Positions 1-10,506 of a stretch of 64,000 nucleotides of DNA are shown here, in pieces (positions within the stretch are counted from its first letter, which is position 1; each line of letters starts with the position of its first letter). The notes beneath the pieces are model-generated. The model was not told where the DNA came from. It did no database searches and worked only from the letters and a program-made list of their open reading frames with translations. Made by a program: the position numbers and the translations under genes. The DNA is from Patescibacteria group bacterium (lineage in GTDB: Bacteria > Patescibacteriota > Patescibacteriia > GWA2-46-9), in the NCBI GenBank assembly GCA_041660005.1, contig JBAZXG010000003.1, positions 64,835-128,834 on the forward strand. Direction: 5' to 3'.

Positions 1-495
1 CACAAAAATATTGAGGAACTTCTGGATGCATGGGTTGCGGTAGGTGAGCACCATAAAGTTACGTTGGTGCTTGTAGGCCCTGAAGACAGTTTTGCGAAGC
101 GGCTGCAAGATCGGCTTCGGAAAATGGAGTCCTCAGTTAGTCGGCATGTAGTTTTTATGGGCGCAGTCGGCGACGAAGAACTACGCGAGCTTTACCGCAA
201 GGCTCTATTCGTTCTCTTTCCTAGTCTCTATGAGGGCTTTGGCCTCCCGGGCGTAGAGGCATCATTGTTGGGAAAAAGTATTGTTTCTTCGGCGCGATCT
301 GTTCTTCCGGAGTCGTACGGTCGGAGTGCTGTTTATGTACCTGCTGGGAATACAGTTTATTTGGCTCGTGCATTGAACGCATTACTAGCTGACGCGCGTA
401 GCACAACGGAGCGACCCCCCATAAGTACAACTTCCATTGAACAGTTTAGGGATCAGTTACTGGTCGTGTATGACCGGGCCCTTCAGAATAAATGA
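1..495 (+). CDS. Glycosyltransferase family 4 (GT-B fold), C-terminal fragment; 5' end lies outside the window
   Basis: The reading frame is open from nt 1. Translation HKNIEELLDAW... continues into the listed ORF and contains the GT4 C-terminal motif FPSLYEGFGLPGVEA. Confidence 0.7.
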   Translation, partial: HKNIEELLDAWVAVGEHHKVTLVLVGPEDSFAKRLQDRLRKMESSVSRHVVFMGAVGDEELRELYRKALFVLFPSLYEGFGLPGVEASLLGKSIVSSARSVLPESYGRSAVYVPAGNTVYLARALNALLADARSTTERPPISTTSIEQFRDQLLVVYDRALQNK

Positions 496-3035
496 CCATG
501 CAAAAAAAATCAGAAAAAAAAAGAAGCCAGGCAACTAAACAGAAATCCGTGATGCCTTTAAAGCGGGAAATACCCATTCGAATTACCACTGGACCGCATC
601 GCGTATCAGAATTTTTAGTAACGACGAGGCCAGCATTATTTTCTGAACCAGTATACAGAAAAAACGTACCAACAAATGCGCGGTTTAATGTTCGTGGTAT
701 TTGGATTGCGGTTCAACCCTATGTCTTTCAAATTAGCACAACGACGCTTTTCGCTTTTTTAGGATGGGTTATTGTCAGAATAGCTGTTTTGGTTTTTTGG
801 CTGCCGGATACTGCTGGCGTGATGCCGCGTGTTATTGCGGTTAAAGAAAAACGACAAAGCATTTTTGCGGGCGTACTCGCGAGCGCCAGGACTTCATTTG
901 CAGCTGTTGCTACTTCTACGAGACCAGCTACGGATGTGACGCTCTCGCCAGTCAGCCCTTTGCCTAAGCAGAGGTTACCGAAGAAGAGTACGGAACCTGC
1001 TTGGTCGTTTCAATTTTTCTCAATATGGAGAGCATTGATTCCGCGCTCACTTAGTTTTGCGGCGTTTTCCTTTGCGTTGGCGTTACCGATTTGGTTTGTC
1101 GGTCAAATTTCTATAGTGAAAGCAGTAAGTACGGACGTCATTGGTTCAATGAAAGTTGGAGTACAGTCCTTTGTGGACGGAGCTTCTTCGTTTCAGCTTG
1201 GCCAGTACGACGCAGCCGGAAGTACGTTTGAAGCGTCTCTGGAAAATTTTAAGCAAGCCAAACAACAGCTGGACAAACTACCAGTGGGTCTGACCTTCGC
1301 CGCAGCAGCTCTACCTCAGGGAGAAACGCTTGCCTCTGTTCGACATGTTATTGATGCAGCGAATGATTTGGCGGCCGTTGCTTCTGAAGTAACAACCTCA
1401 CTCGCTCTTTTTGAAAGTGAACAAAATAAAGCAGTAGGTGATGATGTCGGGTCGGCTCTTACTGCGCTGAGAAGCTTGGCAGAAAAAGCCATACCGCAAC
1501 TTACCAACGCAACTCAGTCTCTGTCTCTTGTTGATGCTGAGTCCTTGCCGCAACCGTACGCAGAATTTTTTGGCAACCTTCAGGGTGTTATTTTGCCGCC
1601 ACTCAAAGAAGCGGTGCAGAGTTTGACTTTGATTCAATTTATTGAGCCGCGACTACTTGGCGTTGATCGTCCGCAGCGCTATTTGTTTGTTTTTCAAGAC
1701 GATTACGAACTACGTGCCAGTGGCGGGTTTATGGGTAGTTTTGCTCTTCTGGATGTTTCCAAAGGGAGTATTCAGAACATTGAGTTTCCTGGCGGTGGCA
1801 GCTATGACCTTGAAGGATCTCTCGCTGTGCAGGAAAAGCCGCCACACCCACTCAGCTTAGTTGCCAGTCGGTGGGAGTTTCAAGATGCAAATTGGTGGGT
1901 AGATTGGCCGACCTCAGCAAAAAAGATTGCTTGGTTTTATGACCATTCTGGCGGCAGCACGGTTGACGGCGTTATTGCAGTCGATACTCAGTTTATGAAG
2001 CGCGTTTTGTCTATTACTGGTCCTATTGATATGCCAAAGTATGGCATTATGGTCGATGAACATAATTTCATAGAGCAAATTCTGAATCAGGTTGAAGTGC
2101 ACTACGATCGCACAGAAAATAAGCCAAAGCAAATATTAGCAGATCTTTTACCAATCGTTACACAAAAACTTTCTGAAAGATTGCCACATGATGGCATCAG
2201 CGTGTTGACAGCACTACGACAATCGCTCGCAGAAAAGCACATACTTGTTTATAGTCGAGATGCAGCGACTGAGCGGGCGCTTGATGGTCTTGGCTGGGCT
2301 GGTGCTCTTGTTGAGAGAGCTCCCCAGTCTGATTCGTTAAGCGTCGTCAACACGAATATTGCCGGACAAAAAACAGACGGGGTCATAACGGATTCGGTTG
2401 TACATAACGTAACGGCCAACAGTGACGGATCATTAGAGGTCTCTCTGGCGATCACTCGTCAACATAATGGCGTGAAAGGTACGCCGTTTACGGGCGTGCG
2501 AAATGTTGATTATATGCGCATTTATGTTCCCGAGGGTAGTCAGTTAGTGAATGCCGTTGGGTTTGAAACAATTGATCCGTCGCTTTTTAAAAGTCCAGCG
2601 CCAAATACTGTTGACGACGCAGATATTCAAGCAACTACCGCGAGCGAACATTATGACATGACGACTGGCATTACTGATTACCGTGAGCTATCGAGAACCG
2701 TTTTTGCTGGTTGGCTTACCTTGGACCCAGGACAAAAGAAAACAGTGCAACTTACTTATCGTTTACCTTGGCGTTTTTCAGAAGTTAGCAATCGCGCGAG
2801 TGTTCCTTGGCTGACTTTTTTAACTTCTGAACCCTCTAATTTAGGGTATACTTTCTATTGGGAGAAACAGCCCGGTACAGTTGAAACCACACTTAGTCAT
2901 TATTTTGTGGCGCCTGGAGAGAACCTTGATCTCGTACGCTCGTCAATTCCGCCGGTGCGAAGTGACACGGGTTGGTTGTGGCAGCTCGTTCCACGAACGG
3001 ATACAGCATTTATAACTCTATTTAAAAAGCGTTAG
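492..3035 (+). CDS. DUF4012-like membrane-anchored protein (847 aa)
   Basis: Long ORF with ATGA overlap to the upstream glycosyltransferase. N-terminal TM helix. Segment LGVDRPQRYLFVFQDDYELRASGGFMGSFALL matches the conserved core recalled for DUF4012. Confidence 0.55.
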   Translation: MTMQKKSEKKRSQATKQKSVMPLKREIPIRITTGPHRVSEFLVTTRPALFSEPVYRKNVPTNARFNVRGIWIAVQPYVFQISTTTLFAFLGWVIVRIAVLVFWLPDTAGVMPRVIAVKEKRQSIFAGVLASARTSFAAVATSTRPATDVTLSPVSPLPKQRLPKKSTEPAWSFQFFSIWRALIPRSLSFAAFSFALALPIWFVGQISIVKAVSTDVIGSMKVGVQSFVDGASSFQLGQYDAAGSTFEASLENFKQAKQQLDKLPVGLTFAAAALPQGETLASVRHVIDAANDLAAVASEVTTSLALFESEQNKAVGDDVGSALTALRSLAEKAIPQLTNATQSLSLVDAESLPQPYAEFFGNLQGVILPPLKEAVQSLTLIQFIEPRLLGVDRPQRYLFVFQDDYELRASGGFMGSFALLDVSKGSIQNIEFPGGGSYDLEGSLAVQEKPPHPLSLVASRWEFQDANWWVDWPTSAKKIAWFYDHSGGSTVDGVIAVDTQFMKRVLSITGPIDMPKYGIMVDEHNFIEQILNQVEVHYDRTENKPKQILADLLPIVTQKLSERLPHDGISVLTALRQSLAEKHILVYSRDAATERALDGLGWAGALVERAPQSDSLSVVNTNIAGQKTDGVITDSVVHNVTANSDGSLEVSLAITRQHNGVKGTPFTGVRNVDYMRIYVPEGSQLVNAVGFETIDPSLFKSPAPNTVDDADIQATTASEHYDMTTGITDYRELSRTVFAGWLTLDPGQKKTVQLTYRLPWRFSEVSNRASVPWLTFLTSEPSNLGYTFYWEKQPGTVETTLSHYFVAPGENLDLVRSSIPPVRSDTGWLWQLVPRTDTAFITLFKKR

Positions 3036-3037
3036 CA

Positions 3038-4855
3038 ATGGGTAAAAGAAACATTCAGAGAAATTATCAGGATTTGGAGAGAATCTATCGCTCAGAAGGT
3101 GGTGGCAAGATGGAAACGGTTTTTGAGCAGCGTACGTCACATTCCTGGAGACGCCTGACATTTTTTCTTTTTATCCTCTTGGTCGCCGCGAGCGCTGCTG
3201 CTTGGCTGGGATTTTATGCATTTAGGACTTTGCAGCAAAATAACGGGGGAGCAGTAACGTTGCAAATTATCGCTCCTACGGAAGCGTCGGTTGGTTCAGC
3301 TGTTACCTACCGTTTCCTGGTTAATAATAAAGCGTCTGATGTGGTTAATAATGTTAATCTCAGGGTCAATTATCCGAGCGGTTTCTTGTGGCACGCCTCA
3401 AGTATTACGCCCGACGGAGAAAGTAAGAATACGTGGTCACTCGCTGCCATCCAACCGGGTGAGTCCAAAGAGGTGGATGTTGACGGGACGTTACTAGGCG
3501 AGGCGGGGAGTCTCGGCACGGTCTTTGGCACATTGACCTATAAGCTAGCGAATTTTCAGTCCGAGCTGCAAACGAGCGATTCCGTTTCTACTGCTCTCAC
3601 CACTGGAAATCAAACGCTTAGCTGGGAGGGGGACGCGCAGGCGGTTCCCGGAACAGAAGTGACGTATGTTCTTCATTACGCAAACAAGAGTAACGAACCT
3701 TTGCCACCTGCGGTACTACGCATTAATAATGTTGATGGTTTTAGCGTAACAAGTACTGATCCAAAAGTTGACGCAACGAGCGACGGTGTTTCCTGGAATA
3801 TCGATGCGTTGCCCCCGGCTGCGGAAGGGAAAGTCAGTCTTATTGGAAAGTGGAATAATACAACCGTGGGTGAGCATGCGCTTACTGCAACACTTGAAGT
3901 AGCGGGAGATCAGGGGAAGACGAATGTTATCACCAGCGCAGAGTTGAAAGTAACGGCAGTTGGTGGGGAAGCCCTCCTCAGTTTGACGGTGAATGGTCAG
4001 CAGAACCAACCAGTCGCTTCTTTAGGTGATACACTTCACCTGAACTTACATTATCAAAATATATCTGATGTTTCACTCGGCAATGCTACGGTCAGTGTGT
4101 CGTTTGATTCGAGCGTCATCAATTGGCCCGAGGTCAATCTCAGCGATGGTTCTGTTGACGGTTCGTCCACTGTTTGGACGAGTAAAGACCTTCCGATATT
4201 GGCACGCATCGTTCCTGGAGGAGGCGGGGACATCAGTTGGGATATGCCTCTTAAAAATCAGGTAAGCGTAGGAACAAATTTATCACTAACGGTGACACCG
4301 ACCCTTCATTACGAAAAGCGAGACAATGACGTTAAGCCAAACGATATTGAAGGTGCACCCGTAATCATAGCCGTAAATACGGGGTTGAATCTTGATGCGA
4401 GTGCGCGTTACTTTTTGAGCGACGGCACACCGGTTGGGTCGGGGCCGCTGCCGCCCCGAGTCGGCAGTGAGACGAGTTATCAGATAACGTGGAAGTTAAG
4501 CAGTAGTGTGCATACGCTTACCTCGGTCATTGTTACGGGCAATTTACCGACGAATGTGAAGATAGGGAGCGGTAGTGCTAGTGTTGGAACGTGGCAGAAC
4601 AATAACGGACAGCCAGAGTGGCACATTACTTCACTGCCGCCAGGGTTAGAGCCCGAAGCTCATTTTACGGTTACACTTCGTCCCGTGTCAGCCGATGCAG
4701 GGAAAATTCTTATTCTGGCGGGGAAAAACGCATTGACCGCCAATGACGATGTTACAAAAGGTCAGGTTTCTATTGCGGGCAACACCGTGACTACCAATCT
4801 CGACGGAGATACGGTAGCTAGCGGCAAGGGAATTGTTGCCGCTGGTACGCCATAA
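3038..4855 (+). CDS. Secreted or surface protein with repeated DUF11/CARDB-like beta-domains
   Basis: N-terminal TM or signal anchor. Repeated units of type GSAVTYRFLVNNKASD..VNLRVNYPSGF and GTEVTYVLHYANKSNEP. Rich in Thr, Ser, Asn and Gly. Confidence 0.5.
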   Translation: MGKRNIQRNYQDLERIYRSEGGGKMETVFEQRTSHSWRRLTFFLFILLVAASAAAWLGFYAFRTLQQNNGGAVTLQIIAPTEASVGSAVTYRFLVNNKASDVVNNVNLRVNYPSGFLWHASSITPDGESKNTWSLAAIQPGESKEVDVDGTLLGEAGSLGTVFGTLTYKLANFQSELQTSDSVSTALTTGNQTLSWEGDAQAVPGTEVTYVLHYANKSNEPLPPAVLRINNVDGFSVTSTDPKVDATSDGVSWNIDALPPAAEGKVSLIGKWNNTTVGEHALTATLEVAGDQGKTNVITSAELKVTAVGGEALLSLTVNGQQNQPVASLGDTLHLNLHYQNISDVSLGNATVSVSFDSSVINWPEVNLSDGSVDGSSTVWTSKDLPILARIVPGGGGDISWDMPLKNQVSVGTNLSLTVTPTLHYEKRDNDVKPNDIEGAPVIIAVNTGLNLDASARYFLSDGTPVGSGPLPPRVGSETSYQITWKLSSSVHTLTSVIVTGNLPTNVKIGSGSASVGTWQNNNGQPEWHITSLPPGLEPEAHFTVTLRPVSADAGKILILAGKNALTANDDVTKGQVSIAGNTVTTNLDGDTVASGKGIVAAGTP

Positions 4856-5228
4856 TACTATGGTGGCATCTCGCAGCGTACCCGTTATTGCTCGCTCAGT
4901 AATCGTAGAGCTTGCTTACAGCCCTTTCTGGTGGTACACCATCGGTTTATCTTTGCAGTTCAAACGGTTAGCCAAAGCATTGCATTACGCAAACGAATCC
5001 TCTGGATTTTCCTTGTGGTTAAAGAACCTTTTTGTGCCCATGTTCGGGCAGAATGATTTTGCGGGCAGAACGATCAGTTTTTTTATGCGAGTCTTTCAGC
5101 TGTGCGTTCGCTTCGTCATATATGTTTGTTACGTGGCGTGGGCCGTTGCGTTATTTTTACTGTATATTATCGTTCCCCCTATTATTTTATGGAAGCTCGC
5201 GGAGTCAACACTGAACTTCATAGCGTAG
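4833..5228 (+). CDS. Small hydrophobic membrane protein (the real start may be at 4860)
   Basis: ORF with 2-3 predicted TM helices. Its 3' end overlaps the start of the ClpB-like gene by about 40 nt in another frame. Confidence 0.3.
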   Translation: MLPLVRHNTMVASRSVPVIARSVIVELAYSPFWWYTIGLSLQFKRLAKALHYANESSGFSLWLKNLFVPMFGQNDFAGRTISFFMRVFQLCVRFVIYVCYVAWAVALFLLYIIVPPIILWKLAESTLNFIA

Positions 5229-7930
5229 GAGGCATCCCAACGCAGCAGCTGATTGTTTGCGATCAGTGTTTAGGATCGGGCATTTATCGCGGAAAGAAAT
5301 GCCGTTCGTGTTTTGGTGCTGGCACAGGGATAACCCTTGGCGGTATTAAAGCGTACGTTCCTCGAGATTTGAGCACGCGGCTACTAGAGGATGACCGCGT
5401 CTATTTACTTGCCCAAAGCGCAGTGCGCTTTACTTTTTTTATTATTGCCGTTATTTTTTTGGTTTACACAGCAGTGCGCGTGGTGGTTGGGTTAGTTGAG
5501 CAGTCGTATGGTGAGGTATATTCCATCGTGAACGCCACGGCAGGAAGTTCATTATTTTGGTTTGGAGCATTGGCTGCTCTTTACGTTTATAGCAGCATGG
5601 AGAGAGACTTGGCTGGAGCCGCGAAGGTTCCTCATAAAACATATGAACAAAAAAATATTTTTTCGTTCTTTCATCGGCAACCTAGAGCAATTAATATTTA
5701 CTCAGTATTAAGTGCTGACGCCAAGTTGCAGCTACTTCGCGCTACCCGTTTAGCCAGACGAAGAAAGGAGCATTTTTATTCTGAGCATCTTTTTCTTGCG
5801 TTGACTGTTGTTGGCAGTGTCCGCGAAATGTTTTCGCGCCTCGGCGTTGATGTCATTTCTGTTCGGGAAACGGTTGGTAGGGTACTTCGTGAGCAGGCCC
5901 ATGCAAAAACGACAACGTACGATGAGCTGGTGAAGATTTTACTTTTTTCCTATCGCGAAGCGTATATAGACCGCGGAACTAATATAGATATACCTTGTCT
6001 TTTTCTGGTAACAGCAATTGAGAGTGAACTTGTTCGCGAAGTGCTTTACGATTATGGCATCGACGATCAGAAATTGCGAAACGTCGTCCTCTGGCAACAA
6101 AACGAAAGGCTTTTGCGAAGCAGGTATCGTTATGTACGTTCTCGTAGTCGTATGCGTCCTAAAGGAAAACTTGATCGCGCCATGACGGCCCTGGCAACGC
6201 CGATGCTTGATCACTTTTCTGAAGATCTTACCGCATTAGCGCAGCGGGGTTATTTTCTCCCTGCGGTACGGCGGCAAGATGAAATTGATGCTGCTCTCCG
6301 TATTTTTGAAGGCGGTGGCGCACCCATACTGGTTGGTGAGGCGGGTGTCGGTAAGCGCAGCATACTTGAGGATATTGCTGATCGGATGGTGACCGGAGAG
6401 GTACCTGCTGTTTTGCAGGATAAACGGCTTGTTAGTTTATTGCTACCGCGAGTTGTCAGCGGAGTTACGCCCGCAGAGGCCGCCGAGCGCGTGCAGCGTC
6501 TTTTGTATGAGGCTGCACGAGCGAGGAACATTGTCCTCGCTATTAATGATGTGCATGGAGTTCGTGGTATTACGAGCGGTGGTGAAGGCAGTGTAGACTT
6601 AGCCGAGGTTTTAGCCGCAAATTTACGAACCCGGCGCGTGCCGTACTTAGCTACCAGTAAGCCCGACGAGTACCGTAAGTATCTTGAAGGTACTTCGCTT
6701 GCGGGCGTTTTTGAAACGGTACTGGTGCAAGAACCAACGATCGACGATACGATAAAAATAGTTCAGTCCCGTTTGACGATCACTGAGTTTAAACAGCATG
6801 TTTATTTTTCGTATGATGCTATTCAAAGACTTGTGAATCTGGTCAGCAAGTTTATGCCCGAGCGCCGTTTACCTAAGAAGGCGATTGAACTTCTCGATGA
6901 ACTTGCCCTTTTTGTTCGTCAGAAGAAAGGAGAATACAGCGTTATTTTGGCGGGTGACGTAGAGATGTTTTTGAGTAGTAAATTGAACATGCCGATTAAG
7001 CGCGTTGACAATAAAGAATCGTCGCTGCTTCTTTCCTTTGAAGACAGAGTACATGAACGGCTTGTCGACCAAGAGGAAGCCGTGAGCGCCGTTGCCAACG
7101 CACTCAGGCGTGCACGAGCTGAAGTTCGTGACGTGAAGAGGCCGGTCGTCAATTTACTTTTTCTTGGACCAACGGGCGTCGGTAAAACGGAGCTTGCTAA
7201 AACGGTTGCCGCTCTATACTTTGGCGACGAAGGAAAAATGGTTCGTCTTGATATGTCAGAGTTTCAAGACGCGGGTAGTGTAACGAAACTCATAGGCGGA
7301 GAAAGAAGCGGGGAACCGGGTATATTAACGCAGGCAGTCCGCAATAATCCCTTTTCCTTAGTGCTGCTTGATGAAGTTGAAAAAGCGAGTCCGGGAGTGC
7401 TCAATATATTTCTCCAAGTGATGGATGACGGACGGTTAACATCTGGCGCCGGTGAAACGATAGATTTTACGAACGTCATTCTGATTGCAACATCTAACGC
7501 TGGTGCGGCATATATTCAAGATGCAGTTCGTAATAGTGTAGCGTTTTCTGTGATTGAAAAAAATTTACGCCAGCAAGAACTCGGTAAGTTTTTTCAGCCG
7601 GAATTCATTAACCGATTTGACGGTGTCATTATGTTTAAACCGTTAACGCTTGAACACGTTTTGCAGATTACTCGTTTGCTTCTGGTGAAAATTGCCAAGA
7701 GGCTTTCTTCACAAGGAATTTATTTCGAACCCAGCGAAGAGGCGGTTGTAGAGTTAGCGCAAAAGGGCTACGACCCTGAGTTCGGTGCTCGTCCGTTACG
7801 CCGTGTTTTGCAGGACACTGTTGATTCTGAGATTGCTCGCTATCTACTTGACGGAAGGGTTAAGCGCCGCGATACTATTGTTCTTGAAGCGGGCGGAGTA
7901 ATACGTGTCAAAAAGGCAAAAAGCTTATGA
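5189..7930 (+). CDS. ClpB/ClpC-like double AAA+ ATPase with an N-terminal zinc ribbon and TM segment
   Basis: CDQCLGSGIYRGKKCRSCFGAGTG zinc ribbon, then two hydrophobic helices and a Clp_N-like repeat. AAA-1 has GEAGVGKRS and NDVH where ClpB has GKT and DELH. AAA-2 has GPTGVGKTELAKTVA, LLDEVEKA and ARPLRR. The start is moved to the internal ATG at 5189 because the listed 5102 start overlaps the upstream ORF. Confidence 0.75.
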   Translation: MEARGVNTELHSVGGIPTQQLIVCDQCLGSGIYRGKKCRSCFGAGTGITLGGIKAYVPRDLSTRLLEDDRVYLLAQSAVRFTFFIIAVIFLVYTAVRVVVGLVEQSYGEVYSIVNATAGSSLFWFGALAALYVYSSMERDLAGAAKVPHKTYEQKNIFSFFHRQPRAINIYSVLSADAKLQLLRATRLARRRKEHFYSEHLFLALTVVGSVREMFSRLGVDVISVRETVGRVLREQAHAKTTTYDELVKILLFSYREAYIDRGTNIDIPCLFLVTAIESELVREVLYDYGIDDQKLRNVVLWQQNERLLRSRYRYVRSRSRMRPKGKLDRAMTALATPMLDHFSEDLTALAQRGYFLPAVRRQDEIDAALRIFEGGGAPILVGEAGVGKRSILEDIADRMVTGEVPAVLQDKRLVSLLLPRVVSGVTPAEAAERVQRLLYEAARARNIVLAINDVHGVRGITSGGEGSVDLAEVLAANLRTRRVPYLATSKPDEYRKYLEGTSLAGVFETVLVQEPTIDDTIKIVQSRLTITEFKQHVYFSYDAIQRLVNLVSKFMPERRLPKKAIELLDELALFVRQKKGEYSVILAGDVEMFLSSKLNMPIKRVDNKESSLLLSFEDRVHERLVDQEEAVSAVANALRRARAEVRDVKRPVVNLLFLGPTGVGKTELAKTVAALYFGDEGKMVRLDMSEFQDAGSVTKLIGGERSGEPGILTQAVRNNPFSLVLLDEVEKASPGVLNIFLQVMDDGRLTSGAGETIDFTNVILIATSNAGAAYIQDAVRNSVAFSVIEKNLRQQELGKFFQPEFINRFDGVIMFKPLTLEHVLQITRLLLVKIAKRLSSQGIYFEPSEEAVVELAQKGYDPEFGARPLRRVLQDTVDSEIARYLLDGRVKRRDTIVLEAGGVIRVKKAKSL

Positions 7931-9018
7931 TTTATGCGGTTGTTTTCATTTTTGCGGCAGTATTAACAACGGCGGTAACGCCGTTTGTTATGCGTTTCGC
8001 GCGGCGGTTTCATGTCGTAGACGATCCAAGTGTTGAAGGTGACCGGCGGATTCACGTGACTCCAGTTCCTCTTCTCGGCGGAGTTGGTATTTGGCTCGTG
8101 CTGGTTATTTGTATTGGGTATTTATCTTTTTTTAGACCGGAACTTATTTTTTACTATATTAAGCCTGTTCAGCTCGTTGGGTTTTTGGTTGGTGCAAGCA
8201 TTCTCATGGTTGGCGGCTATCTTGACGATCGTTACAAGCTTAAAACGGTGTGGAAAATTTTATTTCCTTGTGCGGCCGCGCTCTTAGCGATTTTGAGCGG
8301 CATCGGTGTTAATTTTATTACTAATCCTTTTGGCGGCGTGTGGAGGATTGATAGCATTGTGTGGTCAGTTCTTCAATATGGAAATTTTAATTACGTTCTG
8401 AGTATCGGAACGGTTTTTTTTACGCTGGTGTGGTTGATGGCCGCAATGTTTACAACAAAAGTCCTCGATGGTTTGGACGGCTTAGTTACTGGCATTGCCG
8501 CTATTGGCGCTTTAATCATTGTGGCGCTTTGCTTAAGGCCGCCGGTACTGCAGAGTGACACTGCAATTTTTGCCACAATGATTGCCGGTGCGTTTGTGGG
8601 TTTTTTGCCGTTTAATTGGTCCCCGGCAAAAATTTTTTTGGGTGAAGGGGGTAGTTTATTGGCGGGCTACACTCTCGGCATTCTCGCCGTTGTGGCCGGA
8701 GGAAAAATTGCAACCGCGGGAATTATTTTAGCGATACCGCTATTCGATGCCGTCTGGGTCGTTTTGCGCCGTGTCTTTCTAGACCGTCGTTCTCCCGTTT
8801 CTCCTGATCGTTCGCACTTGCATTTTGCGCTAATTGATCTTGGTTTAAGTGTTCGTCAGGTTGTTTCGTTCTTTTATATGATAACTCTGGCGTCTGGCCT
8901 CTTAGCACTCTTTTTACCCTCTCTGCAGAAGCTTTACGCGGTGTTCATTCTCGGTATGTTATTTTTTGTCGGTGCCGTCTATCTTTTGTTTCGAGATTTG
9001 AAAACTTCACGAGGGTAA
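7927..9018 (+). CDS. Polyprenyl-phosphate HexNAc-1-phosphate transferase, MraY/WecA family (PF00953)
   Basis: Polytopic membrane protein with the DDRYKL, KVLDGLDGLVTG and GEGGSLLAGY motifs typical of MraY/WecA enzymes. Confidence 0.7.
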   Translation: MIYAVVFIFAAVLTTAVTPFVMRFARRFHVVDDPSVEGDRRIHVTPVPLLGGVGIWLVLVICIGYLSFFRPELIFYYIKPVQLVGFLVGASILMVGGYLDDRYKLKTVWKILFPCAAALLAILSGIGVNFITNPFGGVWRIDSIVWSVLQYGNFNYVLSIGTVFFTLVWLMAAMFTTKVLDGLDGLVTGIAAIGALIIVALCLRPPVLQSDTAIFATMIAGAFVGFLPFNWSPAKIFLGEGGSLLAGYTLGILAVVAGGKIATAGIILAIPLFDAVWVVLRRVFLDRRSPVSPDRSHLHFALIDLGLSVRQVVSFFYMITLASGLLALFLPSLQKLYAVFILGMLFFVGAVYLLFRDLKTSRG

Positions 9019-9021
9019 TGT

Positions 9022-10506
9022 ATGACTAATCGCCAGCAGTATCGACTATTAGAAATGATCCCAGGCACACTGGTCTGGTTGACCTTTGCTTTGGCTATTA
9101 TTCTTTCTTTAACAAAACCACTGTGGGCTATTAGTTTAGTTATCGTGTACGATTTATATTGGCTGTTCCGTGTTAGCTATTTTGTATTTTATTTGATCCA
9201 CGCTTGGCGCCGTTACCGGCGGGAGATTAAACGAGACTGGACTCAAGAGTTACAGGAACGCTTTCCAGCAGTCAAGGAGTACTTTCATGTTATTTTTTTG
9301 CCGACCTATAAAGAACCATTTTCGGTTGTTGAGGGCACAATTGAGCGCTTAACAAAGGTCAGCTACGACCCGAAAAAATTTATTATTGTCTTAGCTGGCG
9401 AGTCAAGGGATGAAGCAAACTTTTTGCGTTATGCTAGTGACGTCATTACTCGCTATGGAGATTCATTCAAGAAAATTATTGTTACAGTGCATCCGTCGGA
9501 CTTGCCCGATGAAGTCCCTGGAAAAGGTTCAAACTTGCACTGGGCAGGTCAAAAGACCAAAGAGTACATTGACGAAGTGGGAATAGCGTATGATCGCCTC
9601 ATTGTGTCGGCCTTCGATATTGACACTATCGTGCATCCGCAGTATTTCTCCTGTCTTTCCTACACCTACCTCAGCTATCCCGATCCGCAGCATGCCAGTT
9701 TTCAACCGGCGGTTCTTTATAACAATAATCTTTGGGAGTCACCGGCGCTTGTTCGTATTGCCGCATTGGGTACAACATTTTGGCTCATGACTGAACTTGC
9801 GCGTCCGGAACGTCTCTTTACATTTTCATCACATAGCATGAGCTGGCAGGCGCTCGTAGACGTTGGTTTTTGGGACAAAAGAATTGTTACAGAAGATTCT
9901 AGAATTTTTTTGCAATGTTTCTTGCGCTATGAGGGTAACTATACCGTTGTTCCCATTTACGTGCCGGTTTCCATGGACATGGTTTCAGCAGGGAGTTATA
10001 GCGCGAGCTTGCTTGAGCTTTACCGTCAGCAGCGGCGGTGGGCCTGGGGCGTAGAGCATTTGCCATTCATGCTGTGGAATTTTCGTAAACATCCGCAAAT
10101 TCCTTGGCGCAAAAAATTGCATTATCTTTGGAATCTTGGAGAGGGGATGTATACCTGGGCAACAGCGCCAATACTGATAACTGCCCTCGGACAGTTGCCG
10201 CTCTTCTTGTCGCGCGGCGTAGTCAATGAGACGGTTTTTGCGCAAAACGCCCCAGCGGTGCTGGCGCTCTTAATGCAGCTTGCTATGGTTGGTATTTTTG
10301 TCAGCGGCATATTGGGCATGTTCCTTTTGCCGCCACCGCCGTCCGACGCAAAAGTTCATCACTATATCTTAATGCTCTTACAGTGGGCGCTGCTACCATT
10401 CACTTTGGTATTGTTTGGTTCTATTCCGGCAGTGGACGCTCAAACAAGATTAATGATTGGACGTCCGCTTGGTTTCAATGTAACTAAAAAAGTAAGATCT
10501 TCATGA
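9022..10506 (+). CDS. Processive GT2 membrane glycosyltransferase (cellulose/chitin-synthase-like)
   Basis: N- and C-terminal TM helices. Motifs PTYKEP, SAFDID, TEDSRIF (TED) and QQRRWAWG (QxxRW) are characteristic of processive beta-glycan synthases. Confidence 0.6.
   Translation: MTNRQQYRLLEMIPGTLVWLTFALAIILSLTKPLWAISLVIVYDLYWLFRVSYFVFYLIHAWRRYRREIKRDWTQELQERFPAVKEYFHVIFLPTYKEPFSVVEGTIERLTKVSYDPKKFIIVLAGESRDEANFLRYASDVITRYGDSFKKIIVTVHPSDLPDEVPGKGSNLHWAGQKTKEYIDEVGIAYDRLIVSAFDIDTIVHPQYFSCLSYTYLSYPDPQHASFQPAVLYNNNLWESPALVRIAALGTTFWLMTELARPERLFTFSSHSMSWQALVDVGFWDKRIVTEDSRIFLQCFLRYEGNYTVVPIYVPVSMDMVSAGSYSASLLELYRQQRRWAWGVEHLPFMLWNFRKHPQIPWRKKLHYLWNLGEGMYTWATAPILITALGQLPLFLSRGVVNETVFAQNAPAVLALLMQLAMVGIFVSGILGMFLLPPPPSDAKVHHYILMLLQWALLPFTLVLFGSIPAVDAQTRLMIGRPLGFNVTKKVRSS

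Noticed and set aside
5102-5188. Upstream extension of the ClpB-like ORF
   Set aside because: It overlaps the preceding small membrane ORF in another frame. The internal ATG at 5189 gives a sensible N-terminus (MEARGVN...), although the true start is uncertain.
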